Source: a virus
Taxonomy: Duplodnaviria; Caudoviricetes
Length of the DNA stretch: 64,000 bases
IMG/VR virus record: IMGVR_UViG_3300028454_000171
Location: 2,540 to 66,539 of that record
Reading direction: 5' to 3' (one strand)
Under the pieces are notes generated by a model. That model was not told where the DNA came from and ran no database searches. It was given only the letters and a program-made list of their open reading frames with translations. The first letter of the stretch is position 1. Each line of letters opens with the position of its first letter. A program made the position numbers and the translations under genes. Positions 28,936 through 37,502 of this stretch are shown here, piece by piece.

Positions 28936-30339
28936 TTGAGCGAAGAAAAGACCCTTTTGAAAGGAGAGACGTTTCCCGTGGCGAAAGCCCGAAACAGCCC
29001 TTCCGATGCCACTGCACGAACGCCACCCCATGACGGGCGTGTGCATGGCGAGGGACATGCCTCACCTCGTTGCATGTGTAGTGAGCAAAGCCGGTTAGAC
29101 GGCACCCGACAAGACACCGGTACGGAAGGCGAATATGTAAAACTCAGTCGTCGGGCAGGGCGGCGGCAACGCCGTGCTGCCCTTCGATTGGAAAAATGTC
29201 AGAAACGTAGCGACGCCCTCGGCGGCATGGAGAATGTCTTCGCCTACAGTAAACTATACAAAGCAGGCAAGAAGTGCTGCAACGGTGTTCGCTGGAAGCA
29301 GAGTGTCCAGCGGTTCGAGCTGAGGCTCTTCAGCGGAACTGCCGTCCGCAGACGCGCTTTGATAAACGGCAGCTTCCGGTTCTCCAAATATGTCCATTTC
29401 ACGCTCTGCGAGCGCGGCAAGATTCGTCCCATCGACGCTCCAAGGATTCAGGATAGGCAGGTGGAAAAGGTCTACACCCAGCTCGTCCTTCTGCCGTTGT
29501 ATCTTCCGAGCATGATATACAACAACGGGGCGAGCCTACCGGGAAAAGGCTTCCATTTCAGCCAGAAGATGCTGACGCAGGAGCTGGTAAGGCACTTCCG
29601 ACAATATGGACGCGATGGCGGTATCGTCCTCGCGGACGGAAAGAAGTTCTTCCCAAGCGCTGATCATCAGCACATCTACGAGCGGCACAGACGGCTCATC
29701 CTCGACGAAGGTCTGAGGGAGTTCGGTGATTCCGTTCTCCGAACGATTCCCGGAAACATCGGAATGCCCCTTGGGGTAGAGCCGAGCCAAGCGGAGATGA
29801 TTGCTTATCCTTCGGAGATGGACAACTACCTGAAGGCCCAATGCCGATTGCAGGGCGGTCACTACATGGATGATTTTCACAACATCGTTCCGCCGGACAG
29901 GGACAGCCGCGAGGTGCTTTCCATCCTTCGCACACAAGCGACGAGGAGCGGCTTCACGCTTAACCCGGACAAGACGAGGTTCGTGCCGTTCCGGAAACCG
30001 TTCCGCTACTGCAAAACGAAGTTCATCTTGACCGAAAGCGGCAAAGTAGTGAAGCGGGCGAACAGCAAGGCCGTGTCGAGGGACAGGAAGAAGATTAAGG
30101 CACTCCACCATAAGGTGCTGGCGGGGAAGATGACATGGGAAGATGTGTGGACAAGCATGAACGGGATGATTGCCTATCTCAAGTGCTACGATGAGCACAA
30201 AAACATCCTGTGGCTGCGGCAGCTCTTCTATCAGCTGTTCGGCTTCTCCTGCGAGCACATTGAGAATTTCAGACGGAGGGACAAATGCGATATATCACAA
30301 TTAAACCGTTCGAACGTAAGGGAATCTGCGGCCCAGTAA
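28936..30339 (+). CDS. DGR reverse transcriptase (true start uncertain, probably near 29,074-29,228)
   Basis: RPIDAPRIQDR, GMPLGVEPSQ and HYMDD motifs; no maturase or endonuclease domain; adjacent to TR. Confidence 0.95.
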   Translation: MSEEKTLLKGETFPVAKARNSPSDATARTPPHDGRVHGEGHASPRCMCSEQSRLDGTRQDTGTEGEYVKLSRRAGRRQRRAALRLEKCQKRSDALGGMENVFAYSKLYKAGKKCCNGVRWKQSVQRFELRLFSGTAVRRRALINGSFRFSKYVHFTLCERGKIRPIDAPRIQDRQVEKVYTQLVLLPLYLPSMIYNNGASLPGKGFHFSQKMLTQELVRHFRQYGRDGGIVLADGKKFFPSADHQHIYERHRRLILDEGLREFGDSVLRTIPGNIGMPLGVEPSQAEMIAYPSEMDNYLKAQCRLQGGHYMDDFHNIVPPDRDSREVLSILRTQATRSGFTLNPDKTRFVPFRKPFRYCKTKFILTESGKVVKRANSKAVSRDRKKIKALHHKVLAGKMTWEDVWTSMNGMIAYLKCYDEHKNILWLRQLFYQLFGFSCEHIENFRRRDKCDISQLNRSNVRESAAQ

Positions 30340-30698
30340 ATATTCCTTATGGTAGCGTTTTAGAGAAGCGGGATGATGGACAGCTCTACTATGATGGAAA
30401 GCCCATCTGCGTGTCTTGGAGCGCGGCCTCCCACACCCATTTCGCTTATGACGGCGACGGTAAGGGGCAGGAGCGTGGAAGGCTCTCCCACGCTATCATC
30501 GAGGCGCTGGAACCGCAGGACGGCGAGACTCGCGCAGACCACAACAAACGCTGGGAACCAATCTGGAAAGATCCGCTCGCCCAGCGTTATCGCAAGCCGG
30601 AACACCTGGACTACTGGCTTTGGCATGACAATTTTTTCAAGGCCCCGATTGAAGACCTTGAGCACATTGCCACGCTTGCAGGCGTGGGGAAAGGATGA
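30285..30698 (+). CDS. Hypothetical protein downstream of the DGR RT
   Basis: ORF overlapping the RT end; RBS-like GGAGGG. Confidence 0.65.
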   Translation: MRYITIKPFERKGICGPVNIPYGSVLEKRDDGQLYYDGKPICVSWSAASHTHFAYDGDGKGQERGRLSHAIIEALEPQDGETRADHNKRWEPIWKDPLAQRYRKPEHLDYWLWHDNFFKAPIEDLEHIATLAGVGKG

Positions 30699-30997
30699 GA
30701 AAAATGTTTAGAATCATCAACACAAACGGTGGCACGGAAATTGGCAGTACCGAGAATCCGCGTTTCATCAAGAAAAGTTCTGCCGGCTGCTATATACAGA
30801 CGGATGAGGAGAACGCACAGGGCGTGGCCTACAAGGGAGTAGCATACAATCTCCACGGCAGGGACGGCATCGGCGCGGAGGACACCATCATGCTCATCGA
30901 GTTCGATGCCGGAAGCCGCGCTGACGAGACTGCTGCCGCCATCGCAGAGCACAGCAGCGCCATCGACGACATCATCATTTCGATTTTGGAGGGTTGA
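30695..30997 (+). CDS. Hypothetical protein (tail fibre assembly region)
   Basis: Coupled ORF upstream of the XkdX-like gene. Confidence 0.65.
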   Translation: MRKMFRIINTNGGTEIGSTENPRFIKKSSAGCYIQTDEENAQGVAYKGVAYNLHGRDGIGAEDTIMLIEFDAGSRADETAAAIAEHSSAIDDIIISILEG

Positions 30998-31000
30998 GCC

Positions 31001-31171
31001 ATGTTCGAGAGACTGAAAAGACTGTACAACGAAGGTAAGCTGGACGCGCAGGGCATTGAAAATGCCGTAGCAAAAGGCTGGATTACGCAGGAACAGGCCG
31101 ATGAGATCTTGGCTGAGCCGGAAAGCGGCGATGCGAAGTCCGAAGCTACAGAGAAGTCTGGCAAGAATTGA
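31001..31171 (+). CDS. XkdX-like small protein (not in ORF track)
   Basis: MFERLKRLYNEGKL...AVAKGWITQEQADEIL. Confidence 0.75.
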   Translation: MFERLKRLYNEGKLDAQGIENAVAKGWITQEQADEILAEPESGDAKSEATEKSGKN

Positions 31172-31189
31172 GCTGAACATTTCTGATTG

Positions 31190-31230
31190 GGCGGCGGCAT
31201 CGCTTTTTGGATGTCGCCGCTTTTTTTTGT
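31190..31230 (+). terminator. Rho-independent terminator
   Basis: GCGGCGGCATC/GATGTCGCCGC stem followed by a T-run. Confidence 0.75.
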
Positions 31231-31249
31231 ATAGAGGGAGGCGACACCA

Positions 31250-31606
31250 ATGCTTCGGATAAATGTAAGAGCTGCGCTGGTATCGCTCATCGTTGCCACC
31301 GTATTCTGGATGATGCTGGTAGGAAGGGTGCAGGTCGCAAATGCAGGGAGCATTGGGGCAGACAAGTATCAGCACATCAGCGCCTCATGCGCTATCGAGC
31401 TTGTCCTTGCAGAAACGCCACCCTTCAAAAAGTGGAAGCCGTGGCAACGGATGCTGCTCAATGTCGTGGTGGTTGGCGGTGCAAAAGAGTGGTATGACCA
31501 CAAGCATCCCGGCAGTCACACCGCAGAGTGGGCGGACATCGGAGCGGATGCCATAGGTGCAGCCACAGGCGAGGGCGTGTTATGGCTGGTGCATAAGACA
31601 TGGTGA
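31250..31606 (+). CDS. Small membrane/secreted protein (YfiM/DUF2279-like)
   Basis: Signal-like N-terminus; DKYQH, GGAKEWYD, DIGADAIG. Confidence 0.5.
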   Translation: MLRINVRAALVSLIVATVFWMMLVGRVQVANAGSIGADKYQHISASCAIELVLAETPPFKKWKPWQRMLLNVVVVGGAKEWYDHKHPGSHTAEWADIGADAIGAATGEGVLWLVHKTW

Positions 31607-31621
31607 GGGAGGTGAAGGACA

Positions 31622-32056
31622 ATGGAAAGAGAGATTGTCACGGTACTTAGCGGGGCAGCCAGCGGTATCTGCGCCATCCTCTTTTTTGAGTGGCGGTTTT
31701 CACGGCATTTGAAAGAAGACTATGTGGAGCCGCTGGTTGACCCCATTCGCGTCAGCGTTAATTCGATGGAAACGTCCATGAATCGCAACATGGAGCGATT
31801 GGAAAAATCCATCAGTAAAATGGAGAGCATTTGCGAGCAAGCCATTCGCCGGCAAGCAGAAATGAGTGAAAAGATTGCTGTTCTTAATGCCAAAGTGGAT
31901 GCCATGCACAGAAGACTTGACCTTGTGGACGAGCGTATCAACGAGTTTGCTCATTTCTGTAACTGCGAGCACAAGGGCGATATGGCTCCTGATTTGCTCG
32001 CTCGCATTACCAGAACTTTTCCGATGGAAGAAAGAAAAAGGGGTGGCGAGAAATGA
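31622..32056 (+). CDS. Membrane-anchored coiled-coil protein of the lysis module
   Basis: N-terminal hydrophobic helix plus coiled coil. Confidence 0.55.
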   Translation: MEREIVTVLSGAASGICAILFFEWRFSRHLKEDYVEPLVDPIRVSVNSMETSMNRNMERLEKSISKMESICEQAIRRQAEMSEKIAVLNAKVDAMHRRLDLVDERINEFAHFCNCEHKGDMAPDLLARITRTFPMEERKRGGEK

Positions 32057-32349
32057 AAGACATGAATACTGTGATAGCCTGGGGCTTGGTGGTCATGGGC
32101 GTAATAGCTATTATCGGATGGGTGCTGTTGTCCTATAGGTCGGGAGCTAGTGTGGGAACAGAAATTCCCATTGGCATTATCAGCGGTTTGGTCGGTGTGC
32201 TGACGGGCAAAGGACTGGCGGAAAGAGCACAGTTACAACAGAGCCAAGTCAGCCAGACATTAGGGCAGGTCGCAAACATGGCAGCTCAGGGACAGCAAAT
32301 TGCAGATGTCGTGGATAATCTGAAAGATACGTTCAAGCCGAAGAAGTAA
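32053..32349 (+). CDS. Putative holin
   Basis: Two TM helices, charged C-terminus, directly before the endolysin. Confidence 0.65.
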   Translation: MKDMNTVIAWGLVVMGVIAIIGWVLLSYRSGASVGTEIPIGIISGLVGVLTGKGLAERAQLQQSQVSQTLGQVANMAAQGQQIADVVDNLKDTFKPKK

Positions 32350-32424
32350 GAACCAAAAGAAGCCTGAGTTGGTTTTTATGATGTGATAAGAACCAAAACG
32401 GTAGAAAGGGAACAGGTGAGAGAA

Positions 32425-33831
32425 ATGAAAGTGTTCATCAATCCCGGCCATGCCTTGAATGGCAACCCAGACCCCGGAGCTTGTGGTTATGGCTTGCGAG
32501 AGTCGGACGTAGCTGCAAATGTCGGCGCGATGGTCACAGAAAAGTTGAATGCGGCGGGAGTAGAAACATATCTCCTGCAAACGGACAACCTTTACGGTGT
32601 TCCTGATGTAGCAAACGAGTGGGATGCAGATTTGTTCGTGAGCATTCATTGTAATGCGTTCAATGGTGTCGCAAAGGGGACAGAGACTTGCGTGTATCGA
32701 CTTGGAACACAGGGGTCTGCTTTAGGAGAAGCGGTACAGGAAAAGCTCATCGCACAGATTGGTACGGTTGACCGTGGACTCAAGGAGCGTCCTGGTCTTT
32801 GCGTTTTGAAGCGAACGGATATGCCAGCCATCCTTGTGGAGACTGCGTTCATCGACGAGTTTACAGATAATGCAGCCCTTCGTGATCGGCAGGAAGCGTT
32901 TGCCAAGGCCATAGCGGAAGGTATCATGCGGTATGCTGGTATCAATGCAGTCAGCAAGCAAGAGGACACGAGGGAGATTGCCCCGAATGGTCAGCCTTAT
33001 GATGACAATGATATCCAGTACCTGCTGAACAATGGCTATACCCGTGCTGATGCCTTGTCTTTTCTTGATACCACGGACAAATATTCAGCGAGCAATATTC
33101 CGTCTGCGGCTGCTTATGCGGACAGCCGTGTCGGGTCGCAGGGCTACGGCAACAACGGCTGTACTGCCTGGGTGCGTGATTTCCTGCTCCATGCGAATCA
33201 TTTTATGGGCAAGCTCATGGATGATGGTTCGCAAGGAAATCTGATGTGGGTTCCGAACCTGATGGATTATGCCAAGGCTAACGGTCTGTGGAAAGAGCCG
33301 GAGGAAGGCGGTGTGATGGGTGACATCTGCCTTCTCGAAACAAATTACTGTCGCTCTGATGGCCCAGACCATGTGGTGATTGCCACGGGCGATGGTGATT
33401 ATTGGGGCAACAGTTCGAGCCGTAACCGTATCGTGAAGTCTTCCATCGCCGGAGATTACGGTGCAGAAAACGTGTGGGGCTATGTCGCCACGGGAACCAA
33501 GTCTTACGGGGCTGGACACATGGTACAGGGGCAGAGTACCAGGACAGCAGCAGAAATTGTGGGCGATGCTGGGAGCACGTCTTGCGTAACCCTGGCTCCC
33601 AACGGAGCTGCCTATGAGGAAAACGACATCAAGTACCTCGTGGGGCATGGCTACACTGTGGATGATGCAATCGAGCTATTGTCCAAAGAACCGAAGTATA
33701 CGCAGAAGGGACGCATTGCTCCGAATGGAAAGCACTACGAACAGAACGATATAGACTACTTGCTGAAACAGGGTTACACAGAGGACGCAGCCATCGCATT
33801 CCTGGCTACGGCAGACAAGTATCTGAGGTGA
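32425..33831 (+). CDS. Endolysin: Amidase_3 domain, second Cys/His (CHAP/NlpC-like) domain and three ~37-aa repeats
   Basis: VFINPGH, LFVSIHCN, MPAILVETAFID; GCTAWV...DHVVIATG. Confidence 0.88.
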   Translation: MKVFINPGHALNGNPDPGACGYGLRESDVAANVGAMVTEKLNAAGVETYLLQTDNLYGVPDVANEWDADLFVSIHCNAFNGVAKGTETCVYRLGTQGSALGEAVQEKLIAQIGTVDRGLKERPGLCVLKRTDMPAILVETAFIDEFTDNAALRDRQEAFAKAIAEGIMRYAGINAVSKQEDTREIAPNGQPYDDNDIQYLLNNGYTRADALSFLDTTDKYSASNIPSAAAYADSRVGSQGYGNNGCTAWVRDFLLHANHFMGKLMDDGSQGNLMWVPNLMDYAKANGLWKEPEEGGVMGDICLLETNYCRSDGPDHVVIATGDGDYWGNSSSRNRIVKSSIAGDYGAENVWGYVATGTKSYGAGHMVQGQSTRTAAEIVGDAGSTSCVTLAPNGAAYEENDIKYLVGHGYTVDDAIELLSKEPKYTQKGRIAPNGKHYEQNDIDYLLKQGYTEDAAIAFLATADKYLR

Positions 33832-33835
33832 GCGC

Positions 33836-34030
33836 ATGAATACGAAGGTTTGGTCGGCTATGCCGCTGTCCGAGGAAGACAAGCGGAAGATCAGTTATAT
33901 CCTTGAGAATTCACGAAGTAGGGATAGGGACTTGGCGAATGTTTTCCCGTCACGGTTTAAGCGCAGGAAGGGGAGCAACATCTTCTTCGATGCGGGAAAG
34001 CGACGCTGGTGTGCGGAAATCAAGGGGTGA
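33836..34030 (+). CDS. Hypothetical protein, paralog of 34,492-34,683
   Basis: Shared pattern PL..EK..I..IL..S...D..LA..FP.....G.IFFD..KR...EI. Confidence 0.65.
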   Translation: MNTKVWSAMPLSEEDKRKISYILENSRSRDRDLANVFPSRFKRRKGSNIFFDAGKRRWCAEIKG

Positions 34031-34036
34031 GGCGCT

Positions 34037-34312
34037 ATGCGTATCGACGGTGTGACTATTATCGTGGAGGATGTGCCGGACATCACGGAAGATGAAATAA
34101 GGCAGTACCTTGCCTTGGCGAAGGAGCGAACTGTGACGCCGCTCACGAAACTCACCATCACGGGAGTGGAGGGCGGTTGTGTGATGCTGGATTTTGAGGC
34201 AAGGGCAAAGTTCGAGCGCATCAGGCGTATCACGGGCTATTTGGTCGGGACTATCGACAGATGGAACAATGCCAAAAGAGCCGAGGAAAGCCAGCGTGTG
34301 AAGCATTTGTAA
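34037..34312 (+). CDS. Small NrdD C-terminal-like protein (anaerobic RNR tail motif)
   Basis: FERIRRITGYLVGTIDRWNNAKRAEESQRVKH. Confidence 0.75.
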   Translation: MRIDGVTIIVEDVPDITEDEIRQYLALAKERTVTPLTKLTITGVEGGCVMLDFEARAKFERIRRITGYLVGTIDRWNNAKRAEESQRVKHL

Positions 34313-34491
34313 GGAGGCGCATAGCATGGACAGCCGTGCATGGGTCTTGTTTGCAGACAAGGTTATGGGTGCGCTGGCGGCGGATGAGGATGGCCTGTTC
34401 GCCGATATGCGCCCGGAGATAGAGAGAAGGCTGTTCGAGGCAGATCCCGACAAGGAGTTGCGCCGAGGACAGCAATGGGAGGCATCGCCAG

Positions 34492-34683
34492 ATGAAAGTA
34501 GTAGTGTACTCGAAGACCCCGTTGACAACCCGCGAGAAGCAAAATGTGCGGGACATCCTGCGGAGGTCGAGTCGCCCGGATGAATCTCTAGCGAGGATGT
34601 TTCCAAGGTATGACAGTATCGAGGATGGCAGAATTTTCTTCGATGACGAGAAGCGTCATGTCAGGACAGAGATTGAGTATTGA
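34492..34683 (+). CDS. Hypothetical protein, paralog of 33,836-34,030
   Basis: Similarity to 33,836 ORF seen by eye. Confidence 0.6.
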   Translation: MKVVVYSKTPLTTREKQNVRDILRRSSRPDESLARMFPRYDSIEDGRIFFDDEKRHVRTEIEY

Positions 34684-34687
34684 AGCA

Positions 34688-34733
34688 GAAAAGCCCCACG
34701 GCTGAGGAATTTTCCTCGGTCGTGGGGCTTTTT
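34688..34733 (+). terminator. Terminator ending the lysis operon
   Basis: AAAAGCCCCACG...CGTGGGGCTTTT. Confidence 0.75.
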
Positions 34734-35000
34734 GTGTGCTTTCCCGGTGAACACACCGTTGTCCACAAACTTATCCACAGCCCGCAATCCCTTACCACAC
34801 AAAGGCTCAGAGAATATCGTTTATACGGCGCAAAAATAATTTTCGTATATTCTTCTTTAGGCCATTGACGCAAAATAGACCAGAAGCGTACCAGAAAGCA
34901 TCCAGAGAGCAGAATTTTTCAGCCCGTGGACATTTAGATTTTTCAGAAAAATTTTTAGAAAAAACTATTGCAATATACGGTTAGCGTGTTAGAATGAAGA
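34733..35000 (+). repeat. ~280-bp dispersed repeat R, copy 1, ending in a sigma70/sigmaA-type promoter
   Basis: Blocks TGTGYTTTCCCGGTGAAC, CACAAAGGCTCAGAGAATATCG, CCGTGGACATT shared with copies 2 and 3; TTGCAA-16-TAGAAT at 34,968-34,995. Confidence 0.9.
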
Positions 35001-35028
35001 TGAGGACAAGGAAAGGAGGTGAAAGCAA

Positions 35029-35181
35029 ATGGATAAGGACGACATCAAATGGCTGGTCGGTTTACTTGTGAACGCAGTAGTTACCATTCTGGCAACTCTG
35101 ATAGCACGGAAGCACAGGCCACCAAACAAAAAAGCCTCACCCAAGAGGAAGCGTAACCGCCGTAGGAAGCACAAACGCTAA
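35029..35181 (+). CDS. 50-aa single-TM peptide with very basic tail (type I toxin-like; not in ORF track)
   Basis: AAGGAGG RBS; MDKDDIKWLVGLLVNAVVTILATLIARKHRPPNKKASPKRKRNRRRKHKR. Confidence 0.7.
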   Translation: MDKDDIKWLVGLLVNAVVTILATLIARKHRPPNKKASPKRKRNRRRKHKR

Positions 35182-35265
35182 TCTGGGGTGAGGGGCCAGC
35201 CGAGGGGAACAAGGAAGTTCCCCTTTGGCTGGAAAAATCATAGCATAGAAGGGAGGAATTTGCAA

Positions 35266-35430
35266 ATGCGGCGAATTCATCTGCTGTATGTCATTCCTGT
35301 CCTGCTGGCTCTGCCGACTTTTATGCTGTTTGGTTTCACGAAGCAAGTCGTGGAGATATTGATAAACGGCATAGTAATCGGTGTGGCGGTGATGGTGTTC
35401 AGGGACATCATCAAGGACAGGGAGAGTTGA
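35266..35430 (+). CDS. 54-aa two-TM membrane protein
   Basis: GGGAGG RBS; MRRIHLLYVIPVLLAL... Confidence 0.65.
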   Translation: MRRIHLLYVIPVLLALPTFMLFGFTKQVVEILINGIVIGVAVMVFRDIIKDRES

Positions 35431-35456
35431 GAGTTATCTGTTCGGAAAGGCGCATG

Positions 35457-35499
35457 AAAATCCGCAACGGGACAGCTATCCCGTTGCGGATTTTTTTTG
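35457..35499. terminator. Bidirectional terminator between the small membrane genes and the integrase
   Basis: AAAATCCGCAACGGGA/TCCCGTTGCGGATTTT. Confidence 0.8.
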
Positions 35500-35504
35500 C
35501 GTCG

Positions 35505-36905
35505 TCAGAAAGCCCATTCGATTGTAACATTGTCGTTGTCTAGAATAATGCGGGACACGAGGCTTTCCAGAATGCGGCGTTTTTGTGCTTTATCTGCGAA
35601 GTCCCAGACTTGGGCGGCATCAGCGATAAGTTCCTGTGCCAAGTCGAATGAAATGTGGTTAGTTTTTTTCTCGTCCGGGACGATGGCGGCCTCCAAGGCA
35701 GTCTTTTCGGTGTAGAGCTTGTTAATGCTTTCGCCGAGTACATTTGGTGGTATGTCGTCAAGTTGGTATAACTCCATCAGCTTGGCAATTTGTTTGTCGA
35801 TGGCTTTGATTCGTTTTTCGATGTCGGCATTCTTGCCGGATAAAACCGGCTTCGGCTGGTGGGATGCAGCAATTTCAGCGGCAAGTTCAGGTGATTGAAG
35901 AACCTCACGAACTTTGCGGTCAATGATGGCTTCCAAGTTATCTTTTCGCCAATGCTTGTTTTTGCAATTTGGGTCTTTAATCATCGTTGGCATCTGCTTG
36001 GTGCGGGAGTAACAGGAATAGTAACGACGGTTGCTACTGGCCTTTGTGTAGTATCGACCTCCGCAGTGTCCGCAGAAAAGCAGTCCTGTGAGAAGATTCT
36101 TAGTTTGGAAGTTTGAAGAATGCTGATGCCGTTTGGCTTGAAGTTCTCTTGCTGCTTGATATTGTTCTTTGGTTATGATTGCTTCATGTGCGTGTTCCAC
36201 GGTGATGCCTCCGAAGTCCATGCGGCCTGTATATACGGCATTGCAGAGAATGCTGCGAACAGTTGACCATGAACTGTAATTGCCATAGCGGGTGGTATAT
36301 CCTGCTTCAGCCATGAGTTTTCTTATGCGTTGGATTGAAAGCCCTGCAAGATACCAGTCATATATTTTCCTGACCTGCTCGGCTTCATAAAGATTTATGG
36401 TGAGTTTGCCGTCTGTGCGATCATAGCCGATAGGGACATTACCGCCGCCACGATATAGGCCAGATTTTGCCCGTGCAATGCGGCCCATCCGTGTGCGCTC
36501 CTTGATTTGTTCACGTTCGAGCTGGGCGAAGACAGCAAGCAGACCTATCATGGCCTTGCCGAATGGTGTGGCGGTGTCGAAGCTCTCCTGCATGGAGACG
36601 AAATCGACATCGTGGGGAAGGAATGCTTCTTCGATGAGATATAGGGTATCACGCTGGGAGCGGGAGAGCCTGTCGAGTTTATAGACGAGCACCACATCAA
36701 ATTTGTCTGTCTCGTCCATGAGCTTCTTAATTCCAGGGCGGTCGAGGTTACTGCCGGAATAGCCTCCGTCCACATAGACATCAGCTATCAGCCAGTCATG
36801 TGCCTTGCAGTAAGCAATCAGACGTTCCTTCTGCTCGCCGATGGAGTAGCCCTCCTGAGCTTGTTCCTGTGTCGAGACGCGGATGTAGAGGGCTGCGCGT
36901 TTCAT
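35505..36905 (-). CDS. Large serine recombinase (integrase)
   Basis: ALYIRVST catalytic Ser, YKLDRLSR, recombinase domain, zinc ribbon CGHCG. Confidence 0.96.
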   Translation of the reverse strand: MKRAALYIRVSTQEQAQEGYSIGEQKERLIAYCKAHDWLIADVYVDGGYSGSNLDRPGIKKLMDETDKFDVVLVYKLDRLSRSQRDTLYLIEEAFLPHDVDFVSMQESFDTATPFGKAMIGLLAVFAQLEREQIKERTRMGRIARAKSGLYRGGGNVPIGYDRTDGKLTINLYEAEQVRKIYDWYLAGLSIQRIRKLMAEAGYTTRYGNYSSWSTVRSILCNAVYTGRMDFGGITVEHAHEAIITKEQYQAARELQAKRHQHSSNFQTKNLLTGLLFCGHCGGRYYTKASSNRRYYSCYSRTKQMPTMIKDPNCKNKHWRKDNLEAIIDRKVREVLQSPELAAEIAASHQPKPVLSGKNADIEKRIKAIDKQIAKLMELYQLDDIPPNVLGESINKLYTEKTALEAAIVPDEKKTNHISFDLAQELIADAAQVWDFADKAQKRRILESLVSRIILDNDNVTIEWAF

Positions 36906-37324
36906 GATGATGCACCGTCCTTGCTTTTATCTTCCATGTCCACGGCAAAGTTGAGTAACTTCAGCCGTTCCCGGCCTGAAAGCGACTCATAGATACGCAG
37001 AAGTTCGGCGGATTCGGGAGATAGGGCATGGTTGCCGACCACTACATCACCGTGATTGGTCTGGATAAGCTGGCTGTTGGTAAGTTCTCCGCTGATATTA
37101 TTTTCCATAATAGCTGTTGGCTGTGTGCCGCGCAGAAGGTAGTCCGTGCTGACGCTAAAGAAGTCTGCAATTTTCAGTAAAACTTCCACGCTGGGGTATG
37201 AGTCAGCAAGCCGCTCATATTTACCGACAGACGAGGGGACTACGCCAAGCCGTTCAGCAAGCTCGGCCTGTGACATTTCCGCACCACGACGGAGTTTTCT
37301 GAGTCTCATGCCGAAGTCTTTCAT
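36902..37324 (-). CDS. CI-like XRE repressor
   Basis: LRKLRRGAEMSQAELAERLGV...YE...IADFFSVSTDYLL. Confidence 0.9.
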   Translation of the reverse strand: MKDFGMRLRKLRRGAEMSQAELAERLGVVPSSVGKYERLADSYPSVEVLLKIADFFSVSTDYLLRGTQPTAIMENNISGELTNSQLIQTNHGDVVVGNHALSPESAELLRIYESLSGRERLKLLNFAVDMEDKSKDGASS

Positions 37325-37351
37325 GATTAGCACCACCTTTCCTTTAAGTCC

Positions 37352-37443
37352 ATTATAATGACTTTAATTCACATCGTCAAGCTAAAAACCACCGCATATT
37401 TTCTTGAATTATAGTTGACAAATATGAATTAAAGTGTTAAGAT
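37352..37443. promoter_or_regulatory. Divergent cI/cro promoters with a shared operator TGAATTAAAGT in each spacer
   Basis: Minus strand TTGACG-17-TATAAT (37,380-37,352); plus strand TTGACA-17-TAAGAT (37,415-37,443); operator at 37,361-37,371 and 37,425-37,435. Confidence 0.85.
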
Positions 37444-37502
37444 GAGAATATGGTTACACAAATCTTACAAAAAAGCCTACACAAGAACGAGGAGGTGGTC
37501 GC

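Noticed and set aside
28936-30339. RT as a group II intron, retron or Abi RT
   Set aside because: No maturase or endonuclease domain, no intron domain V or msr/msd seen; the adjacent avd, TR/VR pair and GxPLG...SQ motif identify a DGR RT
34326-34583. 85-aa ORF between the NrdD-like gene and the second paralog
   Set aside because: Overlaps the better-supported 34,492 ORF by about 90 nt and has no recognisable motif; the 5' part may be real but I cannot support it
35430-35505. att site next to the integrase gene
   Set aside because: Only a bidirectional terminator is present; phage genes continue on both sides
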